Numbered from the stretch's first letter, positions 37,116 through 47,785 are shown. The stretch: 64,000 nt of DNA from Polyangiaceae bacterium (GCA_044376115.1 JBILLK010000008.1:1-64000), one strand, 5' to 3'. Made by a program: numbers and translations. The notes: a model not told the origin generated them from the letters alone.

Positions 37116-38588
37116 CTACGGGCTGGGCTGAAGCTCGCGCGGAGGCGGCAACCCCGAGGGGGCAATGCCGTCCCAACCGGAGGCCTTGGCGAGCTTGGCC
37201 AACGCCAGATCGAGTTCCATCGTCGCGTTCATCACCGCAAAGCGACCAAAGGCGTAGGCCTTGGCCGGCTCGAGCAGCTCCTTGTCTTCGATCGTCCCGA
37301 CGTCCAACCCCGACTGCACGTACACGAGCCAGCGCTTCGCCGCTTGTACGCCCTTCTTGTGCGCCTCGAGCCGCTGCGACCAATCCACCACCTCGGCGTA
37401 TGCAACGCGGATCTCGGCGGCCACGCCTTCATCCGCCAGCCGCGCGATCGCCTTCATCTCCTCGAGATCGGCCTTGGCTTGATCGAGCCGAGCGACCTGC
37501 GGCGCGAAATCCAAGTTCCACTGAAACACGATGCCAGCGCCGTAACGGAAGAAGTTGCCGGGGTCGACGATGAACGGGCTCGATTGATCGTCGATGCCCG
37601 GCGCCACGCCCAACCCGAGCGACAACCCGAGCCCAATATCCGGGTAGAACCCAGCCTCTTTGCCGCGCACCAACGCCTCACGCGCAAGCAGCCCGGCCCG
37701 AGCCTGCCCGAGCTCTGGCCGATTCTCCACCGAGGCCGCGAGATACGCCTCCACCGGCAAGAGCGTGTGCGTCGGGCCGGTGAGCGGAGCGTCCGGCACG
37801 TCGAAGTCGGCGATACCGGTGTAAAAGCGCAGGCCGGTCAGCGCTACCGTGGCGAACTTCTCGGCCTCGGCGCGCCGTACGTCGAGCTCGGTGACGAAGG
37901 TCTGCAGCTTGAAGAGATCGAGCTTGTCACCCTCGTCACGGGCGATCTTCTCGGTGAGGCTGGCCTCGGCCTTGCCGATCTGACGTTTGATGTCCTCGAG
38001 CAGCAAGAGACCGTCACGCGCGAGCAAAAGGCCGTAATACGCCTGGCGGACCTGCAAACGCACAGCGTCTCGCTCCTTCTCCACGCCCTTCTCATTGAGC
38101 TGCACGTTGGCCTCGGCGGCGTCTTGCAAACTACCGATCTTGCCGAAGGTCCAGAGCGGGATCAGGCCGGAGAGGTTGACCTGCCAAGCGGCTGCAGCGC
38201 CGCGTTCGGGCACGACGTCGTTGTCGGGCGTGTAACTGCCGGTGCCGCGCAACTCCGGGCCGACGCCTACGCCGGCGGTCATTCGATAGATGCTGAACGG
38301 GGCCGTCTGCGCCTCGTTCTCGAGGCCGCGTGCCTTCGCCACACGGGCGCGCGCGGCCTGAATCTGCGGGTGGTTCTTATCCGCCGCGAGCAGCGCCTCG
38401 GCCAAGGTGAAGGTCTTCGGCGCTTTGGCAGCGGTAGCGGCGGGCTCTGCGACGGCCGGCTCGCCAGCTGCGGGTTCGGAGGGCGGTGGCTCGGCCTGTG
38501 CGCGAGTCGAGCTCAGCAAACCTGCGGCGAGCAGCGCAGCCAGCAGCGAGCATCGAATGGGCCTATGGCCGAGGCGGAACGTCCACAT
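37116..38588 (-). CDS. TolC-family outer membrane protein
   Basis: Signal peptide; TLAEAL..A..NHP, PLWTFGK and VRQAYY motifs; two OEP-like halves. Confidence 0.88.
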   Translation of the reverse strand: MWTFRLGHRPIRCSLLAALLAAGLLSSTRAQAEPPPSEPAAGEPAVAEPAATAAKAPKTFTLAEALLAADKNHPQIQAARARVAKARGLENEAQTAPFSIYRMTAGVGVGPELRGTGSYTPDNDVVPERGAAAAWQVNLSGLIPLWTFGKIGSLQDAAEANVQLNEKGVEKERDAVRLQVRQAYYGLLLARDGLLLLEDIKRQIGKAEASLTEKIARDEGDKLDLFKLQTFVTELDVRRAEAEKFATVALTGLRFYTGIADFDVPDAPLTGPTHTLLPVEAYLAASVENRPELGQARAGLLAREALVRGKEAGFYPDIGLGLSLGLGVAPGIDDQSSPFIVDPGNFFRYGAGIVFQWNLDFAPQVARLDQAKADLEEMKAIARLADEGVAAEIRVAYAEVVDWSQRLEAHKKGVQAAKRWLVYVQSGLDVGTIEDKELLEPAKAYAFGRFAVMNATMELDLALAKLAKASGWDGIAPSGLPPPRELQPSP

Positions 38589-38643
38589 GCGTACGGCACC
38601 ACTAGTAGCACTTTCGACCGGCGGAGGATGCCACTAGCACGCT

Positions 38644-39969
38644 TCATTCATCCGGCTGGCGCAGCCGCGCGAGCGTGCTCTCCAGCAGCTCGACCAGCGC
38701 CTCCGGGTGCTCGATGCTCTCCGGCAGCGCGCGCTCGAGGCGACGAAAGTTCGCCCGATCGAGGCCCGCCAGCTTGGCCGCCTGCGACTGATTGCCCCGC
38801 GCGAGACTCAGCACCGAATCGAGATAGGTCCGAGAAACCGCCCCGATCGCGTCGGCCTTCACATCTGCAAACGGCGGGATGGCGCCTTCAATGGTGCGTG
38901 CCTCACGCGTGAGCGAGAGTTTGAGCGCCGCAAAGTCCGAGCGCAGGATGCGATCGCGCTCGCCGGCGACCATCACCGCCGTATCCACCGCCGCCCACAA
39001 CTCCGGAATGTTGCCCGGCCAAGCCTCGGCGCGCAGCCCACGTAAGACGTTGGGGTTGAGCCGTTTGGGCGGCAAACCAAGCCGATCCATCAGCAACTTG
39101 ACGAACACCGCCGCCATTACCGGGATATCGTCGCGACGCTCGCGCAGGCTCGGCACGTCGATCACGTGGCGCGCGAAGGCGAAGAAGAGCTCCGCGCGAA
39201 AGCGGCCCGCCTCGCGCAACTCGCGCAGCTCAGGCGCAGCCGTTGCAACCACCCGTGGAGCGCGCGGCCCCGCGAGCTTGAGCAGCGCTGCGAGCCGCGC
39301 CTGCGCAGCCGGCTCGAGCAGCTGCAGGCCCTCGATCAGCAGCGCGCCGCCCTCCGCCTGACGATAGGCCTGCTCGAGCTCGGCCTCACCCACCGGGACC
39401 ATCGCCGAGCTCGCGAGCTCGGTGACCGTACGAGCGCCCAGGAGCAAGCGTGCGAGCGTGCGCTTGCCCACACCGGGCTCCCCCAACAGCACAGCCGGAT
39501 GCGACGACGCGGCGGCCCGCGTGACTTCGCTCATCACCTCGCGCATGCGTGTCGAGGAAGCCACGAACTCGGGCGGAAGGACGGCCTTGGCGCGCACGGG
39601 CTCGCCCTTCGGCGCGCCGCCCAGCGCACTCGAAAGCAGCGCCGCTACCCCCGCAGGCGGGCTCTCGCTGCGCGGCAAAAAAGCAAAGGCGCTGTCCTCG
39701 AGCGCGAGCGCCGCGTCGCCCTCTTCGAGCAGGTAAATCCAGCGCGCCTTGCGATCGCGTACGCCCCGCCCGGCGAGCTTCGCGTCGCACACGACCACGC
39801 CGCACGAGCGCCCAGCGAGCGCCACCTCGAGCGCGCCCAAGTCAGCAGCCGTGACCACCTCGAACTCGCGCGCCAATAGCGGCTTGGCCCACGCTCGCCG
39901 CAGCGCCGCGGAGCCGTCGACGATAGCGATAGGCGACTTCGCTGCTCCCAACGAGCAGGCAGTTCCCAC
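38644..39969 (-). CDS. Degenerate sigma54-type regulator (receiver-like, AAA and Fis HTH domains)
   Basis: GEPGVGK, GRFRAELF, PSLRERRDDI, WPGNIPEL and GNQSQAAKLAGLDR present; GAFTGA absent. Confidence 0.8.
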   Translation of the reverse strand: MGTACSLGAAKSPIAIVDGSAALRRAWAKPLLAREFEVVTAADLGALEVALAGRSCGVVVCDAKLAGRGVRDRKARWIYLLEEGDAALALEDSAFAFLPRSESPPAGVAALLSSALGGAPKGEPVRAKAVLPPEFVASSTRMREVMSEVTRAAASSHPAVLLGEPGVGKRTLARLLLGARTVTELASSAMVPVGEAELEQAYRQAEGGALLIEGLQLLEPAAQARLAALLKLAGPRAPRVVATAAPELRELREAGRFRAELFFAFARHVIDVPSLRERRDDIPVMAAVFVKLLMDRLGLPPKRLNPNVLRGLRAEAWPGNIPELWAAVDTAVMVAGERDRILRSDFAALKLSLTREARTIEGAIPPFADVKADAIGAVSRTYLDSVLSLARGNQSQAAKLAGLDRANFRRLERALPESIEHPEALVELLESTLARLRQPDE

Positions 39970-40058
39970 GGTCCCCCCGACGCGTCAACACGTCGAGCCG
40001 CAACCCACCACATCAGCCGCTAGGAAATGTGGGCCCACCGTGCGAAAAGGAGTCAGCC

Positions 40059-40514
40059 ATGGCCAAGCTCCCGGACGGTCCCCGACCCACAGAGATCAGC
40101 GCGCTGCTCGGCCGAGGCACCGAGTTCGAGGGCAAGCTCAACTTCTTCGGCCGCGTGCGCATCGACGGCCGCTTTAGCGGCGATATTCGCGGAGATGACG
40201 TGCTCGTGATCGGCGAGGGCGCCTACGTCGAGGGCACCATCGAGGTGGCCACCTGCATCGTGACCGCCGGTGAAGTGCACGCGCAGGTTCGGGCGCGCGA
40301 CGCGATCGAGCTTTACGCTCCCGCGCGCGTCACCGGCTCTTTGCACGCCCCGGCGATCTTCATCGACCGCGGCGTGGTGTTCGAGGGCAACTGCACGATG
40401 GCCCCGCTGGAGGTGCCTTCGATGATGCCGCCCGCCGTGCAGCCCACCATTCCGAGCGAGGAAGATCTTTCGTTGACGAAGGACTACCACCCCGAGGACG
40501 AACAAGCTCCATGA
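40059..40514 (+). CDS. Bactofilin (polymer-forming cytoskeletal protein)
   Basis: LLGRGTEFEGKL..VRIDG..GDI and GVVFEGNCTM motifs; AGGAG RBS before ATG 40059. Confidence 0.92.
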   Translation: MAKLPDGPRPTEISALLGRGTEFEGKLNFFGRVRIDGRFSGDIRGDDVLVIGEGAYVEGTIEVATCIVTAGEVHAQVRARDAIELYAPARVTGSLHAPAIFIDRGVVFEGNCTMAPLEVPSMMPPAVQPTIPSEEDLSLTKDYHPEDEQAP

Positions 40515-43423
40515 GCCGTCGGCTCACTGTGGTGCCGTCGGAACGACATCTCGAGAGCAGCCCACAGTCCGACATCACCACCTGGCGACGCTGGATCGAG
40601 AAAGTGCGCGCGTGTGAACCCGCGCGCCGTCTCGAGGCCTCCACCGCGCTGCTTTATCTCGTCGTACGCGGCTACGTCCTCAGCCACCCGCTCGATCAAC
40701 GAAGCGGCCCGCCAGCGCGCGGCTTGATCGGGCTCGCCCACCAAACGTTGGGGCAGCTGCGTCGCGCGGGTACCAGCGCGGAGGATCTCGAGCGCACCGA
40801 GACCGCGCGCGGACGCTGGCTCGGCGCGCTGATGCGCACGCTCGACCAAACGCTTTTGCGACTCGAGCTCTATGACCCGCGACAGCTCCCCGCGCGCGCG
40901 ACGTTGCAACGCTTCGCGGAGCAGCAACCCAACGACTTGAAGCTCACCTCGACCTTGAGCTTCGACGCGGACCTCCTGCGCTTTGCCACCGACCTGCAGG
41001 CTGAGCTCGGCCAGCGCGGGAAGACCCTCAGCCTCGAGTTGCCCGCGTTGCCCGGCGAGACGGCGGTCTCCAGCCTGGCCAACTGGCTCGAGGGTCGACT
41101 CGCCGAAGAACCCAACGCCTTCGAGCTCGAGTGGCAAAAGACGAGCGAGCCGCAAACCGTTTGGCTGAGTGAATGCGCCGGCCCCGAAGCCGAGGCGCGC
41201 GAGGCCGCCTTCCGCGTACGCCAGGCTCTCGACGCCGGAGCCGCCCCGGAGCGCATCGCCATCGTCTTGCCCCGCCGTGACGAGAGCTTCGAAGAGCCGC
41301 TGCGCGCCGCGCTGTTCGAGGCGCAGATCCCCTTCTCGGAGGCCGCTGGGCCCTCGGTGTTTGCCTCGCCTGAAGCGAAGCTCGTGCTCGATCTGATCGA
41401 GATGGCGCACGGTCAATTGGATCGCGACAAGCTCGTAGTACTGCTCACCACGCCCGGCCTGCATCCCGGCAGCTTGGTGCGTGAAACCGATGAAACCCAA
41501 GCGGTGGAACGCGCGCGCGCCCTCGCCAGCCGCTTACGCAACCTGCCGGTGATCCGCGATCGCGACGGCAAGCTGATGGTCGAAGCGCTAGCCGCGACGC
41601 TGCGCGAGAGTTGGCAAGACCCCGAGCGCAACGAGAAGGTCAATGAGCTGTGGATGGTGCCGGCGCTCGAGGCGTTGATTCGCGTGTTCGAGCGGCTGCG
41701 CGAGGCGCCGAGCCTGGCCGCCATCATCAGCGAGCTCATCACCACCATCGACCGCCTGCGTTTGGGTGATCCTTCGGCCAGCGAGCTGCTCAGCGCGCTT
41801 TCGCTCGAAGCGGCCAGCAGTACGCCGATCCGCCGCTTACCGCTGCGCGCGATGGCCGAAGGCGCCGTCGCAGTGCGGGCCGTACGCCAAACCCTCGAGT
41901 CGATCTTGGCGGCGGCCAAGCTGCTCGGCATCAGCGACGAGCCCTACCCTTTGAGCGATCTCGGCGTCGAGCTGGTCGAGCAACTCGAGGGCTTCGCCAC
42001 CACCGCGCGCGGAGCTGCCTCACGCCTGTGCACCGTGCGTGTCGCCACCTTGCGCGAGGTCGCTGGCCTCGAGCACGAGCTCTTGGTCTTTCCGCAAATG
42101 CTCAGCTCGGCCTATGCCACCCGCGAGCAGAGCTCGCTGCTCGACGAAGCAACGCATGCGCAACTTCCAACCAGCCGCCGGCCGCAAAGCCTGTTCGAGA
42201 AGAACCGCGAGAGCGCTGCGCTGCTCGAATGGGCGCTGGTTTCGGCCAAGACCGCGCTGCTCTCCTACCCGCTGAGCGGCAGTGACGGCCGCCCCACCGA
42301 GCCGCCGCATCCCGTCGTCAAGACCGTGCGCGAGCGCGCCACGGTGCGCCGTGAACCGGCCTCACGCGTGCACCCGAACGCGCGCCTCCTCAGCCAACGC
42401 GGCGCCGAGCTCCAGGCGCTGTCACAAGGAGCAAAGCCTGCAAAAGAGCTGCGCGCGCGCATCGAGCTCGAACGCACCCGCGCCGCGTTCTTTCGCAGCA
42501 AACGTCCCGCCAGCGCAGAGACCGGCCTGGTCAACGCCGAGAACGTCGATCTGCCTAGCATGTTCGGTGGCGCCACGCGCGAGCGGCCGATCTCGGTCAC
42601 CATGGTGGACCGCGCAATCAGCTGCCCCTTCCGTGCCTTCGTCGAGCGAGCGCTGGGCGTCCGGCGCGCCGAGGAGCTCAGCGATACCCACGGCCCGCGC
42701 GAACGCGGCACCTTGTTGCATCGCGCGCTGCTCGTCGCCTTCGACGAAGACAAGCGCATCCGCGGCACGCATTCGCCCGAGCAGCGCCTGCTCGCCTGTC
42801 GCCAGGTCATCGCGCAGGAACTCGCCCGTGAGCCCTTCGGCGTGCTGCGCGCAGAGGGCGTGCGTCGCATCGGCGAAGAGGCGGTCGCGGTCGTAGAGTT
42901 CGACCTGCAGCGCGAACACGACGCGCTCTACGACAACGGCGAACAACGCTTCGGCTCCCGCGAAGGCTCCCGCTTCCCGCCGTTATCGCTACGCGCAAGC
43001 GACGGCACCGAGGTCTGGCTCGAGGGCCAGATCGATCGCATCGACGTCGACGCCGACCGAACGATGGCCCGCGTCGTCGACTACAAGACCGGCAAGGTCC
43101 AAACCAAGCGCATCGGCGTCACCCAAATGCAATTGCCTTTGTACGCCGCCGTCCTGCGCGAGAACGGCTTTGCGAAGGCCGAGGCCTGCTACATCACCGT
43201 CGGCGCTGGCGGCGCCATCAGCGTGCAGCCCAGCAAGGCCGAGGATCAGAAATGGCCGGATGAAAAGTTGATCGACGTCAAAACGCACTCCGCCGACGTG
43301 ATCGTCTCGCTCTGGCGTGGCCTGGTCCCACCGCGGCCCGAGAGCCCGAGCGCCTGCAAACACTGCGAGCACCGCGGCATCTGCCGCAGACCAGCGATCG
43401 CCCTCGAGCTGGAGGACGAATGA
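40511..43423 (+). CDS. addB: AddB/RexB-like protein with C-terminal PD-(D/E)xK nuclease
   Basis: Inactive helicase-like body; CPF, GTLLH, GQIDRID, DYKTG, QLPLY and CKHC..C motifs. Confidence 0.8.
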   Translation: MSRRLTVVPSERHLESSPQSDITTWRRWIEKVRACEPARRLEASTALLYLVVRGYVLSHPLDQRSGPPARGLIGLAHQTLGQLRRAGTSAEDLERTETARGRWLGALMRTLDQTLLRLELYDPRQLPARATLQRFAEQQPNDLKLTSTLSFDADLLRFATDLQAELGQRGKTLSLELPALPGETAVSSLANWLEGRLAEEPNAFELEWQKTSEPQTVWLSECAGPEAEAREAAFRVRQALDAGAAPERIAIVLPRRDESFEEPLRAALFEAQIPFSEAAGPSVFASPEAKLVLDLIEMAHGQLDRDKLVVLLTTPGLHPGSLVRETDETQAVERARALASRLRNLPVIRDRDGKLMVEALAATLRESWQDPERNEKVNELWMVPALEALIRVFERLREAPSLAAIISELITTIDRLRLGDPSASELLSALSLEAASSTPIRRLPLRAMAEGAVAVRAVRQTLESILAAAKLLGISDEPYPLSDLGVELVEQLEGFATTARGAASRLCTVRVATLREVAGLEHELLVFPQMLSSAYATREQSSLLDEATHAQLPTSRRPQSLFEKNRESAALLEWALVSAKTALLSYPLSGSDGRPTEPPHPVVKTVRERATVRREPASRVHPNARLLSQRGAELQALSQGAKPAKELRARIELERTRAAFFRSKRPASAETGLVNAENVDLPSMFGGATRERPISVTMVDRAISCPFRAFVERALGVRRAEELSDTHGPRERGTLLHRALLVAFDEDKRIRGTHSPEQRLLACRQVIAQELAREPFGVLRAEGVRRIGEEAVAVVEFDLQREHDALYDNGEQRFGSREGSRFPPLSLRASDGTEVWLEGQIDRIDVDADRTMARVVDYKTGKVQTKRIGVTQMQLPLYAAVLRENGFAKAEACYITVGAGGAISVQPSKAEDQKWPDEKLIDVKTHSADVIVSLWRGLVPPRPESPSACKHCEHRGICRRPAIALELEDE

Positions 43424-46400
43424 ACGTCGCCGACGAGCTGCTCTACGCCTTCCAGCGCAACGTGGTGATCGCCGCGAGCGCTGGCACCGGCAAGACGCAC
43501 CGCTTGAGCACGCTGTACGTGATGCTCTGTCTGGGCCTCACCTCGCGCGGCCAACGCACGCCGCACACACGCAGCAAGGCCGTCGCCCCGGCGCGCATCG
43601 TCGCCACCACCTTCTCGCGCGGCGCCGCCCTCGAGATCCGCACCCGCATCGAAGAGTCGCTGCATTCGCTCGCCGTAGGTACGCCCTCCCCGCCGCTCGC
43701 CGAGGCCGTCGCGCAGCGGCTCTCGGCCTTGGGCGGAGAGATCTCGCAGGGCGAGGTCGCAACCAGCGCCAGCGCCGCGCTGGAGAGCTTTCGCGACGGG
43801 CGCATCGATACGTTGCATGGCGTAGCCGCCGAGCTGCTTCGTAAAAACGCCCTCGCGCTCGGTTTGCCGCCGCGCTTCTCGATCATGGAGGAGGACGAAG
43901 AAGAGGCCTTCTCTTACGGCATCATCGACGAACTGCTGTCGGCCGCCTTGGCCGGCGAAGGCGACGAGCCGATGGCCGCCCGCGCGCTGATCGACCTCTG
44001 CTCCGGCTTCTTCCGCATGCGCCAAGAGGTGCTCGGCTTCTTGAACAGCCTCTCGGATCGCGGCCTGCGCGTCGCCTCCCTCGATACGGTGGATCACCTC
44101 ACGCCGGCGCTCAACCTGCATCAACGCCTGCGCGAGGTCGTCGCCGGTTGCGCCTCTACCCAAGCCCGCGACAGCGTGCGCGAGTTCGCCGCGCGGCTGC
44201 ACGTGAGCCTGCGTGCCGACTCGCCGCATGAGCTCGGCGCCGAAGCGGAGCACGCCCTCTCGCTGCTCTTCGCCATGCGCAAGCCAGCCAAGGCGAGCCC
44301 ACAAGAGCTCGAGCTGTTCAGCTTCCGCGACGAGATCAAAGGCTCGGCCGTCAACGACAAAGCCGGTCCGATGTTGATCGAGACGCTGCGACAGAGCCGC
44401 GAACTCGGCAACGTCGAGCGCGCGCTGCTCGCGCTGCTCGGCAAGATCGAAGCGCGTTTACGCAGCGAAAAGCTAGCCGCAGCGAGCTTCGGCTTCGGCG
44501 ATCTTTTGGTGCTCGCGCGCGACGGCCTGCTCGAGAACCCGGGCGCGGCGTTGCGTGCACGCAACGATCACGACGTGCTGATGGTGGACGAGTTCCAAGA
44601 CACGAGCTCGGTGCAGCGGGATCTGGTGTACTTGCTCCGGCTCGCAGACAAACATCAACGCGCTGCAGCCGGCCGCGTCCCCTACTCGCACGAGCTCGAA
44701 TCGCACGGCCTGTTCGTGGTCGGTGATCGCAAACAATCGATCTACGCCTTCCGCGGCGCCGACGTGTCGGTGTTCGAGCAAGTGCTGACCGAGCTCGGCG
44801 GTGACCCCGCGCGTGAAGCGCTGTCCATCCCCACGCGCGGCGGCCCGGCCCTCGCCGATTTCATCGCCCTGCGTGAAAATTATCGCAGTGCGCCGCGCAT
44901 CGTCGACTTCGTCAACGCCTTCACCAAGCTTGATTTTGTGCAGACCAGCAACTCGGGCGGGCTCGGCCCGGGGGAGGAACTCATCGCTGCCCGTGAAGCT
45001 CCCGCGGGCGTCGTCGTCAGCCGCATGATCGCGGCCGAGGATGACGAATCCGGCGAGACGGATCAGGCCTCGGCCGCCGCGGCGGCTGCACGTGAACTGC
45101 TCGATGGCGGCCTATTCGAGCCGCGCGACATCGCCATCTTGGTGCGTCGTCGGGCCAGCATTCCGTTCGTCGAGTTGGCGCTCGAGGAGCGCAACGTGCC
45201 CTTCACGATCGCCGGTCGCGCGCTGTTCGAGACCTTCGAGGCGCGCGATCTCGCAGCGCTGCTGCACCTCGTGATCGATCCGCGCGATCGCGCCAGCCTC
45301 GCGCACGTGCTGCGCGGCCCGCTGGTCGGCCTCACCGACGAGGCACTGGCAACGCTGGTGGAAGGGCGCGGTCTGCGGCGGGACGTCTTGTCGGAGAAGG
45401 GCCCGAGCTTGCCTGCTCGCCGTTTCCCCGAGGAGGCCGCCCGGCTCAAAGACTTCGCTACGCAGTTTCGCGAGCTGCGCTCGGCGATCTTGCGGCTACC
45501 CGCGTCAACAGCGCTGCGCGCGCTGCTCACCGCCTTCGACTTGGACCGGCTCACCGCCGCCTTGCCGCGGCCCAAAGAGCGGCTCGGCAACATGATGCGC
45601 TTGATCGAGCTGTCGCACGCGCGCAGCGAGAGCGTGCTCTCGTTCTCACGCTGGTTGGATCGGCAGATCGCCGATCAACGCGACGAGGCCGAAGCGGTGG
45701 TGTTCTCGCGTGAGGACAACGCGGTGCGCTTGGTCACCATCCACGCCAGCAAAGGCTTGGACTTTCCCGCCACCATCCTCGTGGATTTGGGCGTGATCGA
45801 GCGACCTCGCAGCCCGGCGCTGCGGCTTTTGGCACCGGAAACGGAGGGCGCTCGCTACCGCTTCACCGCGCGCCATCGCGGACGTCGCGGCCTGCCGATC
45901 GACAACGCCCCGCTGCGGGAAGACGGCCAACAGCGGGCTAAACAATCCGCCGGCGAGCGCACCCGCTTGAGCTACGTCGCGCTCACACGCGCGCGTGATG
46001 CGCTGGTGCTGATCGAGTCGAGCGAACGCGCCACCGGCTCGGTCGCCCAGAAGACGCTCAACTTCCTCAAGGAGAGCGAGTCCGGCGCACAGCTCTTCGA
46101 TGAGCGGCTGCCCAAGACCGATTCACCCACCGCCCGCGACGCTGCAACGGCCGCACCAAGCGTAGTCCCCACCATGGCGAAGCCGCAGCAGCGCGCCCGC
46201 TCCCTCGCCATCGCCACCACGCCGCTGGGCGTGTTTGCCGGCTGTCCGCGGCGCTTTCGCTTTCGTTTCCAGCTCGGGCTGGAGGAGCCAGTCGACAGCG
46301 GGCAGCTCGGCCTATTCGAGGCCGATCCGGAGCGCCATACGCCCAAAGTCGTGGCCTTCGAGGGAGACGGTGAACAGGCCGATCCACGCGCGCTTGGACG

Positions 46401-47079
46401 CGCGGCGCATCGCTACCTCGAGCTATTGCCGCAAGCGGCTTTTGGCAGCGAACAGCCCCCCGAAAGCATCGCCAAGTTCCTCGCGCGTGAAGGCGTTCCG
46501 GAGCAAGACGGCGCTGAGCTCACCCTGCTGCTGCAGGCCCTCGTACGTTCGCCCTACGGCCAGAACCTGCACGCGATGAAGGCCTTGTACCGGGAGTACG
46601 AGCTTGCCTCGGTAATCGAGCCGGAGCTCGGCGATGGCCCGCGTTTGACCCTGCGTGGCACCGTGGACTTGTGCGCCGAAACCGACGACGGGCTCGATAT
46701 CATCGACTACAAAATCGCAAAACCTCCAACATCGTTGGAGGCCTACACGTTCCAGCTGCGCTGCTACGTCACCATGGCCCGAGCGACTTTCCCCAGTAAG
46801 CCCATTCGGGCGGGGCTCTTGTTCCTGGACCGCTCCTTGATTGACGAGCAGGGCCAGCTAGCGCCGCCGCGCTGGGTCGTCGAAGGCAGCGAAGGCGATG
46901 AAACGTTTCGTCGCGAGCTCGCTCAGCTCGCGCAACGTTTGGCTGACTTCCGCGGCGACGACGAGTGGCCTGGTCGTGAACTCGCGGATTGCCGCAAGCT
47001 TCACTGCGGCTTCGTAACGGCCTGCCACCGCAACCAGAGTGGAGGGCCGAAGCGGCGCCGAGGACCCGCACAAGGCTGA
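43420..47079 (+). CDS. addA: AddA-like UvrD helicase-nuclease
   Basis: ASAGTGKT, VDEFQDT, VGDRKQSIYAFRGA, NYRS, TIHASKGL, YVALTRAR and DYK motifs. Confidence 0.88.
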   Translation: MNVADELLYAFQRNVVIAASAGTGKTHRLSTLYVMLCLGLTSRGQRTPHTRSKAVAPARIVATTFSRGAALEIRTRIEESLHSLAVGTPSPPLAEAVAQRLSALGGEISQGEVATSASAALESFRDGRIDTLHGVAAELLRKNALALGLPPRFSIMEEDEEEAFSYGIIDELLSAALAGEGDEPMAARALIDLCSGFFRMRQEVLGFLNSLSDRGLRVASLDTVDHLTPALNLHQRLREVVAGCASTQARDSVREFAARLHVSLRADSPHELGAEAEHALSLLFAMRKPAKASPQELELFSFRDEIKGSAVNDKAGPMLIETLRQSRELGNVERALLALLGKIEARLRSEKLAAASFGFGDLLVLARDGLLENPGAALRARNDHDVLMVDEFQDTSSVQRDLVYLLRLADKHQRAAAGRVPYSHELESHGLFVVGDRKQSIYAFRGADVSVFEQVLTELGGDPAREALSIPTRGGPALADFIALRENYRSAPRIVDFVNAFTKLDFVQTSNSGGLGPGEELIAAREAPAGVVVSRMIAAEDDESGETDQASAAAAAARELLDGGLFEPRDIAILVRRRASIPFVELALEERNVPFTIAGRALFETFEARDLAALLHLVIDPRDRASLAHVLRGPLVGLTDEALATLVEGRGLRRDVLSEKGPSLPARRFPEEAARLKDFATQFRELRSAILRLPASTALRALLTAFDLDRLTAALPRPKERLGNMMRLIELSHARSESVLSFSRWLDRQIADQRDEAEAVVFSREDNAVRLVTIHASKGLDFPATILVDLGVIERPRSPALRLLAPETEGARYRFTARHRGRRGLPIDNAPLREDGQQRAKQSAGERTRLSYVALTRARDALVLIESSERATGSVAQKTLNFLKESESGAQLFDERLPKTDSPTARDAATAAPSVVPTMAKPQQRARSLAIATTPLGVFAGCPRRFRFRFQLGLEEPVDSGQLGLFEADPERHTPKVVAFEGDGEQADPRALGRAAHRYLELLPQAAFGSEQPPESIAKFLAREGVPEQDGAELTLLLQALVRSPYGQNLHAMKALYREYELASVIEPELGDGPRLTLRGTVDLCAETDDGLDIIDYKIAKPPTSLEAYTFQLRCYVTMARATFPSKPIRAGLLFLDRSLIDEQGQLAPPRWVVEGSEGDETFRRELAQLAQRLADFRGDDEWPGRELADCRKLHCGFVTACHRNQSGGPKRRRGPAQG

Positions 47080-47109
47080 GTCAAAGGCGCCGCGTAGCGC
47101 AGGATCAGT

Positions 47110-47523
47110 TCAGGACTTCTTGAACACCATCTTGCCCATGGCGCCCTTTTCCCCGGACTCGCACTCGAGGTTGCCGGAGACGAGCTTGCACTTGAGGTCC
47201 TTGTTGTCCTTGCCGCCGCTCAGCGTGATGGTGTCCCCATCCTTGGTCCACTTGCCGGTCTCGGTCTCTTCCTTGGCCGGCTTGTCCTTCTCGAGCTTCA
47301 TCGAGCTCTTCATCTCGGCGGTGCCGTCCGACTTCAGCTCGAGCGAGATGTCCATCGCCTCAACCATCGCAGCAGCGAAGCCGGCGGCGTCCTTGTCCTT
47401 GGTCTCGGCCTCGAGCGACTTCTTCATCGCCTCTTTGTCGAGCTTGTAGACGCCTTCGGGGCCACCGCAGGCGGCGAGAAGAAGGGCGAAAACGGAGGCG
47501 GGGATGAGCGTGCTGAACTTCAT
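47110..47523 (-). CDS. Small lipoprotein (possible beta-barrel/lipocalin-like)
   Basis: LAAC lipobox, GVY and GKW motifs; GGAG RBS. Confidence 0.75.
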   Translation of the reverse strand: MKFSTLIPASVFALLLAACGGPEGVYKLDKEAMKKSLEAETKDKDAAGFAAAMVEAMDISLELKSDGTAEMKSSMKLEKDKPAKEETETGKWTKDGDTITLSGGKDNKDLKCKLVSGNLECESGEKGAMGKMVFKKS

Positions 47524-47785
47524 GGGAACTCCTTGGCGGTAGCGCGAATCGTGAGTGGCTAAGCGATCTAGGTGCGCCCTGGTCGCATGTCCGAAGCGAG
47601 AGCGCTAGCGAATTGTCGGCACGCCGCAGCCTGGACGCGAGCAGCGGACACTGCCTTGCCGAGCAGCGCAAGATTTGTGTGTAACGCCCGCTCAATTGAC
47701 CCATAGTGAGCAACGCTTTCTGCGCCCGAACAGGACGAGCAGACTCGCTGCAACACCTCAACCTGGTTAGCTTTCCGCGAGCCAT

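Noticed and set aside
40511..43423. Cas4 or CRISPR-associated nuclease
   Set aside because: The Cys/PD-(D/E)xK domain is the C-terminus of an AddB-like protein paired with a UvrD helicase; no CRISPR context.
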